A stretch of DNA of 48,725 bases, from IMG/VR virus record IMGVR_UViG_3300011335_000092, positions 1 to 48,725 of that record. One strand, given 5' to 3'. Within the stretch, counting starts at the first letter, position 1; each line of letters opens with the position of its first letter. Both the position numbers and the translations under genes were made by a program. Source of the DNA: a virus. Lineage: Duplodnaviria; Caudoviricetes. Under the pieces are notes generated by a model, which worked only from the letters and a program-made list of their open reading frames with translations, made no database searches and was not told the DNA's origin. Positions 36,933 to 46,696 of this stretch are shown in pieces.

Positions 36933-37841
36933 TTAAGCGCCTGGAGAACCGTACATACCTAGTGGGTCTGAGTAACCAAAGCTGTAACGTTCACGAGCTT
37001 TGTAACGTACGTTACCTGTGTCGAAGTCACCATCCATAGAATTTTGCAATGGTGTACGAACAAAGTGTTTCATACCGTTAGGAACATCAGTAGTCAAGAA
37101 CCAAGCGTTGCTGTCTGTCAAGAAGTGGTTAATTGTGTAACCTTCTGGAATAGAACCGTTGTTTTCAAGAGCGTTGATGTCGTTATCAGTTGTACCTACG
37201 CGAAGCTTAGTTTCCAACAAACGTGTTGCAACGAATTGCAATGCTGGTGGAACGATAAGTTTCTTAGGTTTAGCTGCAATCAATAGACCACGTTCATCAG
37301 TCCAAGCTGCGATTTGAATTACTGCATTTTCCAATGAAGTTTCGTTCAAGTCAGCTGCAACTGCTGGCGTGTTGCTGTTTGTACCGCCGTTTACAAGACC
37401 GTGTGATGTTGAAAACAATGAAACACCATCGCCACCAACTACAGCACCGTTGAAGCCGTTGTTCAATACTGCAGCAGCTTTAACTTGTTTTGTGTATGCC
37501 ATAGCACGAGCCAATGCTTTAGTATAACGAGCTGACAATGAGTCATACAAGTTATCTTCGATAGCTTCTTCAGTTAAGCTGAAGCCATAAGCGATTGTTT
37601 CGTGGTTGTAGCGAGCAGTCCATGCTTCTTGTGCATTGTCATAAGCGATGGCAGAACCTTCGTTTTTAACAGGTGCAGCTGAGAAGCCAGACAATTTTGT
37701 TTCTTCTTCGAAAGAACGTTCTGAAGTCTCTGTTTCGTAGATTTCTTGATGTTCTTCACCATAGCGAGCATATTCCAAACCGAACAAAGCGTTCAAGCCT
37801 GGGAGCAACTCTTTTAATAATTGTGCGCGTGAAATTGCCAT
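36933..37841 (-). CDS. Major capsid protein (HK97 fold, Mu gpT-like), 302 aa
   Basis: MAISRAQLLKELLPGLNALFG, ITEEA-like LTEEAIEDNLY, KLIVPPALQF, RERYSFG motifs; strong codon bias, SD GGAG, own terminator. Confidence 0.9.
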   Translation of the reverse strand: MAISRAQLLKELLPGLNALFGLEYARYGEEHQEIYETETSERSFEEETKLSGFSAAPVKNEGSAIAYDNAQEAWTARYNHETIAYGFSLTEEAIEDNLYDSLSARYTKALARAMAYTKQVKAAAVLNNGFNGAVVGGDGVSLFSTSHGLVNGGTNSNTPAVAADLNETSLENAVIQIAAWTDERGLLIAAKPKKLIVPPALQFVATRLLETKLRVGTTDNDINALENNGSIPEGYTINHFLTDSNAWFLTTDVPNGMKHFVRTPLQNSMDGDFDTGNVRYKARERYSFGYSDPLGMYGSPGA

Positions 37842-37853
37842 TTATATTACTCC

Positions 37854-38684
37854 TTATACGCCAGCAGCGAGGTTATAACGATGAACGCCGAAGTTCACTT
37901 TAACCAAAACTTCTGGTGTTTGAACTAAAGCAACTGTGCCTGCAACAGTAACTGTTGAAGCTGTAACGGTTAGTGTAGTGCTACCTGTTGTAGTAACTGT
38001 AGATGCTGCAGTCAAAGTAGAACCTGTGAATTGCAATTGACCGTTAACTACGTTAAATACGTCTGTACCGATTGGTAATACTGTGCCAACTGGAAGACCA
38101 GAAACCACTAGTGATGTACCACCTGTACCAGAAACGTATGTACCACCTACTGATGTTTGTGTATCTGGAACTAAACGCAATACACGGAAGCCAGCTGTAG
38201 AAGCTGCAGAAGTAGAAGTTGCAACAACTGCACCTGCACCATTACCTGTAGCTGCTGAACCAGTCAATGTATTACCAACCATATTACCGCCAAGCAAAAT
38301 TGAAGATGCTGAAGCAATAGTTGTAGAACCTGCAGCGGCAGTAACTGCCACTTTAAATACTGTGTCAGGGTCATCAACAACAATAGCTGTGATGTCACCA
38401 GCTGTTACGTTACCTGGGTAGTATTGTGAATACAAACGTTGTTTAGTCGTTGGGTTTGTGTAGTAGCAGCCCAAGAATACGCCCATAGTTGTGTTAGTTG
38501 AGTTAACTGGTAATGTTGCAGGGATGCAATAACCAGCAGAAGTTGTTACAAAGTCACCGTTGTAAATCGCGGTACCGTAGTTATACGCAATAGGTATATT
38601 ACGGGTTGAGCCAGCAAAAACCTGACCACCGATAAGATTTACAGGGTCAAAGCCATAAGGCGCTGATACTGTAGGATAAGCCAT
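37854..38684 (-). CDS. Capsid cement/decoration protein, 276 aa
   Basis: APYGF.PV..GVFLGCYYT..VDDPDTVF motifs; immediately upstream of the MCP; Thr-rich insertion near the C-terminus. Confidence 0.65.
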   Translation of the reverse strand: MAYPTVSAPYGFDPVNLIGGQVFAGSTRNIPIAYNYGTAIYNGDFVTTSAGYCIPATLPVNSTNTTMGVFLGCYYTNPTTKQRLYSQYYPGNVTAGDITAIVVDDPDTVFKVAVTAAAGSTTIASASSILLGGNMVGNTLTGSAATGNGAGAVVATSTSAASTAGFRVLRLVPDTQTSVGGTYVSGTGGTSLVVSGLPVGTVLPIGTDVFNVVNGQLQFTGSTLTAASTVTTTGSTTLTVTASTVTVAGTVALVQTPEVLVKVNFGVHRYNLAAGV

Positions 38685-38705
38685 AAAATACTCCTAAAAA
38701 TTAAA

Positions 38706-39158
38706 TTAATTACCTTTGCCAAAGCTAGTTGTAGACTTACGCTCAGAGAACATAGGCATACGGGCATCGCTTTGACGCATGATGTTATTATCTACAGACT
38801 CTGTTTGAGATTGTGACAATTTATCGAAATGTGCATTCCGTTGTTCTACAAACTCTTTTGGAGTCTTACATAGTAATAACCCACCAACTTCAATGTTATC
38901 TTTAAAGCGACTATTAGGGTCAGCTAACATTGCTAGTTGTGGTTGTTCTTCACTCTTTACTGCTTCCCAACCTTCCCTGAGTTTGGCAGATAAGTTACGT
39001 GGGTCAGCACTGTTTAAAGTTGAAACACGAATCCAGCGATAAGCATAACCTTCTTGTTTATCGGGTTCTGGCAATAACTCTGGTTGTTGCCACTGTTTTG
39101 GACGTTCGGTTACTGCACGAGTTTCTAGTTCACGTGGCATATTTTTAGTAGTAGTCAT
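38706..39158 (-). CDS. Conserved head-module protein, 150 aa
   Basis: GYAYRWIR..LREGWEAV..VGGLLLCK motifs; lies between scaffold and decoration genes. Confidence 0.75.
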   Translation of the reverse strand: MTTTKNMPRELETRAVTERPKQWQQPELLPEPDKQEGYAYRWIRVSTLNSADPRNLSAKLREGWEAVKSEEQPQLAMLADPNSRFKDNIEVGGLLLCKTPKEFVEQRNAHFDKLSQSQTESVDNNIMRQSDARMPMFSERKSTTSFGKGN

Positions 39159-40129
39159 TATCTATTCTCCAATTTTCTCATTTCAAGGACATATTGTTCA
39201 GGTGTAACTCCTAATTTTTTGGCTAGGTTTACCTGACTCATTTTAAGTTTGATTTTGTTTGACGCGGTGCTCCGTGAAGCTGGCGCTACAACTGTACTCG
39301 GTTTTGTAGGAGTACTATCAACCTTTACCTTGTTAGTAGAATCTTCGCTACTAAAATAACCCCCAAACGTTTCCCGTACTGTTTTGTCCAATGCGGAGTA
39401 ATAAGCATCAGAGCCAGCCTTATATCCTGATTCTACAAGGTCTTCGTGAACAGCTAAAGCTGCAGCAGTCATTACCTTATTAGTACCATACCATTCGTTG
39501 TTATCTAGCCACTTTTCGAGTTTTGGGTCTTGGTGGGTAACAGCGGTCGGCTGATTTTGCTCTGTATATTGATTTTGTACACCCTTTTCTTCATCTTGTA
39601 AAGGGGGTAGCTTAAAGTTTTTTATCTGATTAAGTTTAATGTTAGCATTTTGCATTGCTTCTTGTGCTTCAATAACTTTATCAGTGTCGCCTTCATCGTA
39701 TGCTTCTTTATATGCTTTCTTAGCTAATTCAAGTTCATATGTAGCTGATTGTTGCATAGATTGCACATACTCTTTTTCACCAGTAGTAAGCACGTTCTTA
39801 ATACGTTTATTTTCTTCTAACAGACGCTGGGCTAGATTAATAGCTTCGCGTTGCTCACGTATAGCAGACTCTTTTTCACGACGTTCATCGTGGTAAACTT
39901 TACGCATCTGTTTAAGGCGCTGTTTAGTCTTTTCATCATATTGTTCTAGCTCGTCTTTATCTAACTCCTCGACAAGCTCTTTAGGCATGGGTTGACGACC
40001 ACGGTCCTCTTCAGGTGTGTCATCTTCTACTTCAATTTCAAATCCCTCATCAGCCTCTACTTCTAGTTTTGTTGCTTTTTCATTAACTTCATCGGGAAAT
40101 GTATATTCTTCATTCTCAAATTCAGGCAT
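39158..40129 (-). CDS. Capsid scaffolding protein, 323 aa
   Basis: Start moved to MPEFENEE behind an AGGAG SD; acidic N-terminus, long coiled coil, C-terminal AKKLGVTPEQY helix-loop-helix. Confidence 0.75.
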   Translation of the reverse strand: MPEFENEEYTFPDEVNEKATKLEVEADEGFEIEVEDDTPEEDRGRQPMPKELVEELDKDELEQYDEKTKQRLKQMRKVYHDERREKESAIREQREAINLAQRLLEENKRIKNVLTTGEKEYVQSMQQSATYELELAKKAYKEAYDEGDTDKVIEAQEAMQNANIKLNQIKNFKLPPLQDEEKGVQNQYTEQNQPTAVTHQDPKLEKWLDNNEWYGTNKVMTAAALAVHEDLVESGYKAGSDAYYSALDKTVRETFGGYFSSEDSTNKVKVDSTPTKPSTVVAPASRSTASNKIKLKMSQVNLAKKLGVTPEQYVLEMRKLENR

Positions 40130-40139
40130 CTTGTACTCC

Positions 40140-40607
40140 TTATTTGCGACTAATACCACGTGGCTCATCAACTACAGCCTCGACAGTGTCATCATTGATT
40201 AAACGGAACTCACGACCGTGAATTACCAACCTACTACCAGAATGCGGACGTACTAAAACAAAGTCGCCTTCTTTACACCATGCACCACTAGGAAAACGCT
40301 TTTCATCTTTATAGCAATCAGGACCAAGAGCCACTACAAATAATACTGTAGTTAAAGCTTCTTCCATACGCATTGTTTCATCGGCTTTTGCTAACTTAAA
40401 CCCGTTAACATCTATCTCTTTTTCAATCTCTGGAATTGCACATAAAATATGATACCCAGTTGGTTTAGGTACTTGTTTTGCACGTTCTACTTCAGTTGCA
40501 TCGCCTACGATTGCTCGTATCTCTGCTTCTTCCTGTGCTTCTTTCTTAGCAGATTCTGCCAATTTAGATAAATCTAGGGCTTGTGCTAAATTTATATTAG
40601 TCATCAA
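40140..40607 (-). CDS. groES: GroES/Cpn10-like co-chaperonin
   Basis: KPTGYHILC..VVALGPD..KEGDFVL..G..FRLINDDTVEAVV. Confidence 0.8.
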   Translation of the reverse strand: MMTNINLAQALDLSKLAESAKKEAQEEAEIRAIVGDATEVERAKQVPKPTGYHILCAIPEIEKEIDVNGFKLAKADETMRMEEALTTVLFVVALGPDCYKDEKRFPSGAWCKEGDFVLVRPHSGSRLVIHGREFRLINDDTVEAVVDEPRGISRK

Positions 40608-40788
40608 AATTTTCTTCCTGTTTTTGTTTGAGGTCTGTAATTATTAAACATGCGGCTTCGAGACCCCGTAGCTGACCACATATATACCGATATTCTTCTA
40701 TTGTTGGACAATTACCGCGTATTAATGCCTCTGAAAGCATATCCATACGGTCCCTGTATTCCTTTAAAAGATAATCTAAGTAATCCAT
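40597..40788 (-). CDS. Small helical protein downstream of portal, 63 aa
   Basis: EEYRYICGQLRGL motif; coupled on both sides. Confidence 0.7.
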   Translation of the reverse strand: MDYLDYLLKEYRDRMDMLSEALIRGNCPTIEEYRYICGQLRGLEAACLIITDLKQKQEENFDD

Positions 40789-43325
40789 TATTCATTTCCT
40801 TTTGTCGGTTTGTTTGTTTGTTGCCTTGCTGCCATTACTGCTTGTAATGTTTGTTGCATGTGCTCTTGTTTCTGTTTATCTAGCTCATGCCTATTACCAG
40901 AATGTTGTTTTTTATTCTGTGTATTTTTGTCTGACAAATGCTTCATCACGTCTACACCTAAATTCATAGTGTTTTGTTGTTTATTAGCACTAATTTGTGC
41001 AGCTGTTTTTAACATATCATTTCTAATTTGTTGCTGTTTAAGCCCAGCGTCGACTTGGTCTTTCTGAGTCTTGCGTTGTAACTCTTGAGCTTTAAGTTGC
41101 AATTCTTGTTGTTGCATTTGAATAATAGGGTCTTGCATTTGCTGTTGAGCTTGTTGTTGCGCTGCTTGTTGTTGGTTCTGTTGTAGTAACTGTTGTGCAG
41201 CCTGCGCTAACATTGGTGCTAGTTGAGCCTCAACTTGTGGGTTTAAGCCAACTTCATCACCTGACTCATCTTTAGTTGTAGGTAATGCCATACCCAACTG
41301 TTGTTCAATCTGAACACGGTACGCAAATCCTAAGTGCTCATTAATATGTGCCATCATAGCCTGTTGAAGTTGTTGAGCCATCGGATTACCCTGTAGCAAT
41401 TGTTGAATCTTAGGGTCTTGCATAGCTGCCATGTGCACAGTGATATGAGCTTGGTGGTCTTGGTACTCAAACGCTTTGACAGGCTTCATCATAAGAATAT
41501 GTTGATTCTCAGATACTGGGTCAGTCGGCTTCTGGTCTTCATCCATAGGAATTAGCTTCTGAGCGTTCTTAATACCAAGTACTTCTAGCATCTGACGATG
41601 TAATAATGGCATGTTGTAAATCTGAGGCGATTGTTGAGCTAACTGCATAACTGCTTGATACTGAACAATCTTTTGCGCCATTGTAGATGCGTTAGGGTCT
41701 GATACAGGAATAACCTCCACCATATCATAGTCAGACTTCTTAGCCTTGCGGTCACCTTCTTCTGGGTCGTAGCTATATTCTTCTGGAGTGTATGATGCAA
41801 TAATGTTTTTAAGGAGACCTAACTCTTGCTTCATAGAATAGTGTACGCGAGCTTGTACGGCAGACATAACCTTCAAGGTACGTTCTAAAATTGCTAGTGT
41901 TGTACCAACTGGAGCGTTAGCTGACATGTCGCTAATTTGTAAATCTGCTGTATTAGCGAAGCGACGGCCTTCTTCTACGATATTCTGTAGTAATGCCATA
42001 AGAACTTGTGATGGCTCTTTATATGGTAGTGGCATAATGTTGTCACGCATCGTGCCTGATGGTACATCTACATCACGGAACTCACCTGGAGCTATAGGGG
42101 TATCGTCACCCTTAACGCGTAGGCCACGGGTTTTGAAACCACCTGGAAGATTAGATAGGGTACCAGCATCAACAAGCTGGCGGATAAGAGCAGTACCAGA
42201 CTTAGCAAAAGCGCCGACAAGATGAATAAGGCCAAAATAATAAAACCCGAACCCAGGAACATATCCGTAATGGACAAAGTGTTGACGTTTTTGGTAGTTT
42301 TTATCATCTGGTTCCCAATTGCGGCGGATTGCTAAAACAGTATTAGTGCCTTTTTCAATCGTAATAACATAAGGTAGAGCAATGCCTGTCTCGTGACCTT
42401 TTTCATCTTTATGCTCATAGCCTGGCAAATTATAGTCTACGTGCATCTCAAGTACTTTGAAGCGGGAGTCGCTAGTCGCGCGGAACCCTAACTTCTCAGC
42501 AATCTTTTTCTCTACTTCATCAAGAACCTCAACAGGTGCGCCTAAGTCTACATCACGGTAAAAACCTGCTGCCTGTAAACGCAAAAGTTCGTTCTCTGTT
42601 TTCCGCATTGTGTGAGTAACACGTTCTGCGTCTTGTAAACTCTCTGCGCCGTAAGGCACAACCATGTCTTCTGCTGGGACGAACAAAGATACTTGACGGT
42701 CTTTATGTGGGTCAAAATATACTTTCTTAAATGCGTTACCTGACAAACCAAGACCCCACAACATGCGTTCATGTTCAGGGCGGTATTCTTGCATCACGTC
42801 TGTTAGCTGGTAGTTCATGTCATCTTGCACACGTATAGCAGCTTCTTTTTTCTCTGATGTTTCTTTACCAATAATCTGTGTCTTTACTGGGCCCGCTGCA
42901 GGGAACATCGACATCATCGTCTCAGCTTGGAACTTAACTAGCGCCTCTGATAGTAATGGGTGATATACACCACACGCGCCTTCCCACGGTTCACTACGTT
43001 CTTCAATTTTTAGACCTAGCAACTCTAAGCCGTCTACGTATGTTTGAATCCAATCCTTGCGAGAAGCTAAGTCGTCCTCGTAGTCAGAAGTAAGTTCAGA
43101 TGCAAGCGTAGCTAAGTCACGCTCGTCCATGTCCTCAGCTAAATTCTTATTAAAGTCATCCTCGTCTACACCAGGCTCAATATCAATCTCCATATCCCCA
43201 ATGCCAATATGCACTGCTTCTGGGTCTTCAATCTCAATCTCGATTGGTAAGTCGTTCGGGTCTTCTTGCATCATCTGTGAATCTAAGCCTAGTGGGGCTT
43301 GGTTTAGCGCTTTGTCAATTGCCAT
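40788..43325 (-). CDS. Portal protein (P22-like, Gln-rich C-terminal coiled coil), 845 aa
   Basis: Follows TerL; HPLLSEA, GNAFKKVYFD, FYYFGL..RQLVDAGTLSN motifs. Confidence 0.88.
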   Translation of the reverse strand: MAIDKALNQAPLGLDSQMMQEDPNDLPIEIEIEDPEAVHIGIGDMEIDIEPGVDEDDFNKNLAEDMDERDLATLASELTSDYEDDLASRKDWIQTYVDGLELLGLKIEERSEPWEGACGVYHPLLSEALVKFQAETMMSMFPAAGPVKTQIIGKETSEKKEAAIRVQDDMNYQLTDVMQEYRPEHERMLWGLGLSGNAFKKVYFDPHKDRQVSLFVPAEDMVVPYGAESLQDAERVTHTMRKTENELLRLQAAGFYRDVDLGAPVEVLDEVEKKIAEKLGFRATSDSRFKVLEMHVDYNLPGYEHKDEKGHETGIALPYVITIEKGTNTVLAIRRNWEPDDKNYQKRQHFVHYGYVPGFGFYYFGLIHLVGAFAKSGTALIRQLVDAGTLSNLPGGFKTRGLRVKGDDTPIAPGEFRDVDVPSGTMRDNIMPLPYKEPSQVLMALLQNIVEEGRRFANTADLQISDMSANAPVGTTLAILERTLKVMSAVQARVHYSMKQELGLLKNIIASYTPEEYSYDPEEGDRKAKKSDYDMVEVIPVSDPNASTMAQKIVQYQAVMQLAQQSPQIYNMPLLHRQMLEVLGIKNAQKLIPMDEDQKPTDPVSENQHILMMKPVKAFEYQDHQAHITVHMAAMQDPKIQQLLQGNPMAQQLQQAMMAHINEHLGFAYRVQIEQQLGMALPTTKDESGDEVGLNPQVEAQLAPMLAQAAQQLLQQNQQQAAQQQAQQQMQDPIIQMQQQELQLKAQELQRKTQKDQVDAGLKQQQIRNDMLKTAAQISANKQQNTMNLGVDVMKHLSDKNTQNKKQHSGNRHELDKQKQEHMQQTLQAVMAARQQTNKPTKGNE

Positions 43326-43334
43326 GTTTTATCC

Positions 43335-43598
43335 TTATTTTTTCAATTTTGCAGTGTTAGTTTTTGGGTTATATGTATAGGCAGTCTTTGGCTTACCTGA
43401 TTTTTTAGTTGCTCTATCTATCGCTCTCTCTTCAGCAGTCATGGCATTACGCTTAGCTCCTTCAGCTGTAAATGTTTTACCATCAGCTTTTAATTGCCCA
43501 CGGTCTTGTAATATTTTAATAGCTGAGTCCTTATTTCCTACCTGTGCTGCTAGGCGGTCAATAAGTTGCCCTTTACCCATAAATTTTTGCGTTGCCAT
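43335..43598 (-). CDS. Basic hypothetical protein, 87 aa
   Basis: Start overlaps the TerL stop; in operon. Confidence 0.65.
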   Translation of the reverse strand: MATQKFMGKGQLIDRLAAQVGNKDSAIKILQDRGQLKADGKTFTAEGAKRNAMTAEERAIDRATKKSGKPKTAYTYNPKTNTAKLKK

Positions 43599-45196
43599 TA
43601 GTAATATGCTTTTTTCTTGGTGTATTTATAAAATAATTCTTCATCTGGCTCGTCGCTTGGCAGTTTAATAAACCCACCTTGTCTAAAGCGCAGTAATGCT
43701 AATGTTGTGGAGTCGACCTGGTCATCGTTTGCCCCACTAGGAAAGTCATTACATTCCTCTATAACTTCTCTTGCCCAACGTTTATCTGGCGCCCACACTA
43801 CCCCAGAACGAAATAAGTCTGAAATCGCGTTAACTCGGCTAATCTTGTCTTGCCCTTTACCAGGTGTAAACTCTCCTAGCGGAATACCCATCCTACGCAT
43901 CTCCTGATAGAGTGCGGCTCCGTTAGATTTTTTCTCTACAATACACGCATCAGGTTCCCATTCCTTATATTCACGAATCATCATGGTTTTAAGTTCTGGA
44001 AACTCTAAACGTTCTTTTATTGCATTTAGTAAGATTATATTATAGTTATTAACTTCTTCGTTAAAGAAAACACCCCAAGTTGTCAAGGAGTTATAGTCGG
44101 CACGGTTGTTTGTTTCTTGGGCCGCGTCTAGTGCCATAATAATAAACTCACACTCAGGTGGGTACTCTTTATCCCATATCTGCCACCACTCCCTTTTTAT
44201 CAGTGCGCCTTCTTCTGATGTAGGGTTTTGTAAATATTGTGCATTCCAGTAACGGACGTCCAGCACGGCGCGTTTTGATGCTAATTCTTCTAATGTCCAG
44301 AACTCAGGCCATAGGGGGGCTTCGTATGTTTCTTTCTTTATTACTGTTGTTTCTACGCCGTCTTCGTCTACTTCGATGTAGGGGATTTCTTTTGTCTTTT
44401 CTATAATTGCAGGGAACTCAACTATCTCCCAGTCCTCTGCTTCTTCGTTCTTAATCATCTGGTTTAGAATCTGACCTGTCAAGTCTAGCTTTGACCACCT
44501 TGTCATCACGACAATAATCGCACCACCAGGCATAAGACGTTGTATAGGACCAGACTGGAACCACTCCCAAGCAGGAAGGAAAACATCCGCACGTCCTTGC
44601 TTAGCTTCTTGTTCAGAATGAGGGTCATCGATAATGAACAAATCAGCGCCACGACCAGCAAGGGCACCGCCCACACCAATAGCAAAGTACTCCCCTTGGA
44701 AGTTAGTGCCCCAGCGAGATGCAGATTTAGAGTCACTTTGTAGTTCTACCTGTGGAAATATGTCTTTATATGAATCGCTACTAACCAAGTTACGCACACG
44801 ACGTCCAAAGTTAACAGCCAAATCCGCTGTGTGAGATGCCATGATAATTTTTTTATGTGGGAATTTACCCAAGAACCACGCGGGCGCCAGATAGGATATG
44901 AGCTCAGACTTACCATGTCGCGGTGCAATATTAACAACGACACGCTTTTTCTTTCCTTCTGCGATTTCTTCAAAGATTTTTGCAAGGCGGCGATGGTGGG
45001 ACCCAACTTTATAATCGGGGTACACATGATGTATGAAGTCCAAAAACGAATCTTTTGCAATTTCTGACGTAAGTCCATCTTTATACTCCTTTAATAGGGG
45101 TAAAACGCGCCTTTTTTCCGCATCCGACATGGTTGGAAACGCATTTTCAATATCTTCAACGTCTTTTGCCGTTAATTTGCGCTTTTTTTCACTCAT
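43598..45196 (-). CDS. terL: Terminase large subunit
   Basis: Walker A APRHGKS, Walker B LFIIDDPH, coupling motif MTRW, nuclease acidic residues MALDAA and DDQVDS. Confidence 0.95.
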   Translation of the reverse strand: MSEKKRKLTAKDVEDIENAFPTMSDAEKRRVLPLLKEYKDGLTSEIAKDSFLDFIHHVYPDYKVGSHHRRLAKIFEEIAEGKKKRVVVNIAPRHGKSELISYLAPAWFLGKFPHKKIIMASHTADLAVNFGRRVRNLVSSDSYKDIFPQVELQSDSKSASRWGTNFQGEYFAIGVGGALAGRGADLFIIDDPHSEQEAKQGRADVFLPAWEWFQSGPIQRLMPGGAIIVVMTRWSKLDLTGQILNQMIKNEEAEDWEIVEFPAIIEKTKEIPYIEVDEDGVETTVIKKETYEAPLWPEFWTLEELASKRAVLDVRYWNAQYLQNPTSEEGALIKREWWQIWDKEYPPECEFIIMALDAAQETNNRADYNSLTTWGVFFNEEVNNYNIILLNAIKERLEFPELKTMMIREYKEWEPDACIVEKKSNGAALYQEMRRMGIPLGEFTPGKGQDKISRVNAISDLFRSGVVWAPDKRWAREVIEECNDFPSGANDDQVDSTTLALLRFRQGGFIKLPSDEPDEELFYKYTKKKAYY

Positions 45197-45801
45197 TCTG
45201 CGGCTACGTCTTTAATTTCTTTGTATTCTGCGTCAACAACCCGTCCTTTTATGGAACCTAGCACTTTAAGTAGCTCATCTTCCACTTCTTCCATGCTTTG
45301 ATGCTTGACTACCGTCTCAGTTCTCTTCTTAAATGCATCAATTCCATCAATTTCCCCTAGTTTTGACAAGGCAGAGATACGTACTTTAGCTTCTTTTGCT
45401 GTACCAGCCTCTTTAACCAAGCCATTTATCACAAACATCTTCAATTCTGCTAAGTCTTCAACAAGAGAGTATTTAGTTTCTGCGACTAATCCTGAAAGGA
45501 ATGCCATAGTTTCGTTTGGGTACTGCGTAAAGTCTATTTTTGTATTTGGATTTGACATTAACTGCCTAGCTAAGCCAATGGCATCTGTCTTTTGTTCATC
45601 CGTTGGGATGATAGGTTCTCCAGTTAGGTCGGAGATTAGTTTGATTGTGTTTGCCCGCATGAGTAGTTCTTCTTCAGCGGTTAATTCTGGCATGGCTTCT
45701 AGAGCACTTTTAGGTAATGGGATGTCAGCCTCGATTGGAGGCACCATAAACTCGTCGTCTTCCCTAATTAGGGTTTTGTTTATGTCTAAATCCGATGTCA
45801 T
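45193..45801 (-). CDS. Probable terminase small subunit, 202 aa
   Basis: First gene of the late operon, overlaps the TerL start; RISALSKLGEIDGIDAF oligomerisation-type motif. Confidence 0.65.
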   Translation of the reverse strand: MTSDLDINKTLIREDDEFMVPPIEADIPLPKSALEAMPELTAEEELLMRANTIKLISDLTGEPIIPTDEQKTDAIGLARQLMSNPNTKIDFTQYPNETMAFLSGLVAETKYSLVEDLAELKMFVINGLVKEAGTAKEAKVRISALSKLGEIDGIDAFKKRTETVVKHQSMEEVEDELLKVLGSIKGRVVDAEYKEIKDVAAE

Positions 45802-45842
45802 GTTTTGTTACACCTGTTTGTGGGGTGGGTCATGTAGACTGG

Positions 45843-45871
45843 ATAGTATGATGTAAGATTTTATTTGTCAA
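45843..45871 (-). promoter_or_regulatory. Sigma70 promoter of the packaging/structural operon
   Basis: TTGACA-N17-TACTAT about 40 nt upstream of the terS start. Confidence 0.8.
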
Positions 45872-46165
45872 GGCTTTTTGTACTTTATTTGTTTAATGTG
45901 TCGTATATGAGATTTTTTAATAATGTAGTTCTTAGTCCAGTTCGATTCCCAACTCTTAACTGTTTTTGACGTTTTGGGGGTAGGCAATGGTATTCCGAGA
46001 TTTTGACAATTTTTTGCAAAATATTTTTTTGTTTGTCGAATATATTTGACATGGGGGGTATTTTGAAAAATGAGGGATGATTTGTGTTTTCCTAAATGTA
46101 TAAACCGCTGGATGGAACCAAGCTAGGATTTGGGGGGTGGGGGTGTAAATACCTGCCGTAGAAAC

Positions 46166-46194
46166 TTTACAATTCCCGAAGTATCTGCGAAACT
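46166..46194 (+). promoter_or_regulatory. Early promoter 1
   Basis: TTTACA-N17-GAAACT; shares GAAACTTTACwATTCCCGwAsTAT with promoter 2. Confidence 0.5.
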
Positions 46195-46238
46195 AATCTC
46201 ACTGCACAATATTGTGTAGCAACTAGTAGGAGAATGAA

Positions 46239-46496
46239 ATGGATATTAAAGTATTTCAAACAGGCAGGCAGTACAGTGATAAGGGCCAACGCATTGCTTA
46301 TACTTCAGATGATGATTGGATTTACTATGTAGATGCAGACCGAGGGCTTGATGGTGTATTTCCTAACACGTTTGGTATGACACGCGTTCCATCTTATGAG
46401 TTATTAAAGCTATATGACAAAGGTGGTTGCAGATACTTTAAACAAGATGAGTTACACATACGTGATGCACTGAGTGACAGAGCATATAACTTCTAG
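46239..46496 (+). CDS. Early hypothetical protein, 85 aa
   Basis: SD TAGGAG, own promoter and terminator. Confidence 0.8.
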   Translation: MDIKVFQTGRQYSDKGQRIAYTSDDDWIYYVDADRGLDGVFPNTFGMTRVPSYELLKLYDKGGCRYFKQDELHIRDALSDRAYNF

Positions 46497-46501
46497 GGAT
46501 T

Positions 46502-46524
46502 GGGGCTTCGGCCCCTTTCTTTTT
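46502..46524 (+). terminator. Intrinsic terminator
   Basis: GGGGC-TTCG-GCCCC followed by TTTCTTTTT. Confidence 0.9.
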
Positions 46525-46587
46525 GTATGTTGATACCAGTTATTAATCCCGCGCACGCACAGAGTACACATCGCAAGGCTGGGTGAA

Positions 46588-46607
46588 CATATAACAATTG
46601 TTATATG
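46588..46607. promoter_or_regulatory. Palindromic operator 1 CATATAACAATTGTTATATG
   Basis: Perfect 20-bp palindrome 4 bp upstream of the -35 of promoter 2; core repeated at 47599 and 48358. Confidence 0.7.
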
Positions 46608-46611
46608 AAAC

Positions 46612-46640
46612 TTTACTATTCCCGTACTATTTTATATACT
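46612..46640 (+). promoter_or_regulatory. Early promoter 2
   Basis: TTTACT-N17-TATACT. Confidence 0.7.
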
Positions 46641-46696
46641 TCATTCACGCCGTAACATAAGGCGTTTTTTGTTTTAACTTTATTGAAAGGTTTTAT

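Noticed and set aside
1338-40171. ORF-track starts at 1338, 2660, 20515, 32634 and 40171
   Set aside because: Downstream ATGs (1395, 2675, 20458, 32619, 40129) fit better: they have an SD, are coupled to the upstream gene, avoid long overlaps, or replace a TTG start
44320-44405. Acidic stretch of about 25 aa in TerL (EKTKEIPYIEVDEDGVETTVIKKETY) as an intein or intron
   Set aside because: Too short, in frame, and lacking intein terminal residues; most likely a surface loop
6433-45856. Many + strand ORFs in the track opposite the structural genes (e.g. 10884-11294, 24437-24940, 25499-26008, 45305-45856)
   Set aside because: Antisense shadows of codon-biased genes; no SD and no motifs. Only the HNH at 36271-36642 is supported
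45940-45950. GTTCGATTCCC resembling a tRNA T-loop
   Set aside because: No T-stem, acceptor stem or cloverleaf around it
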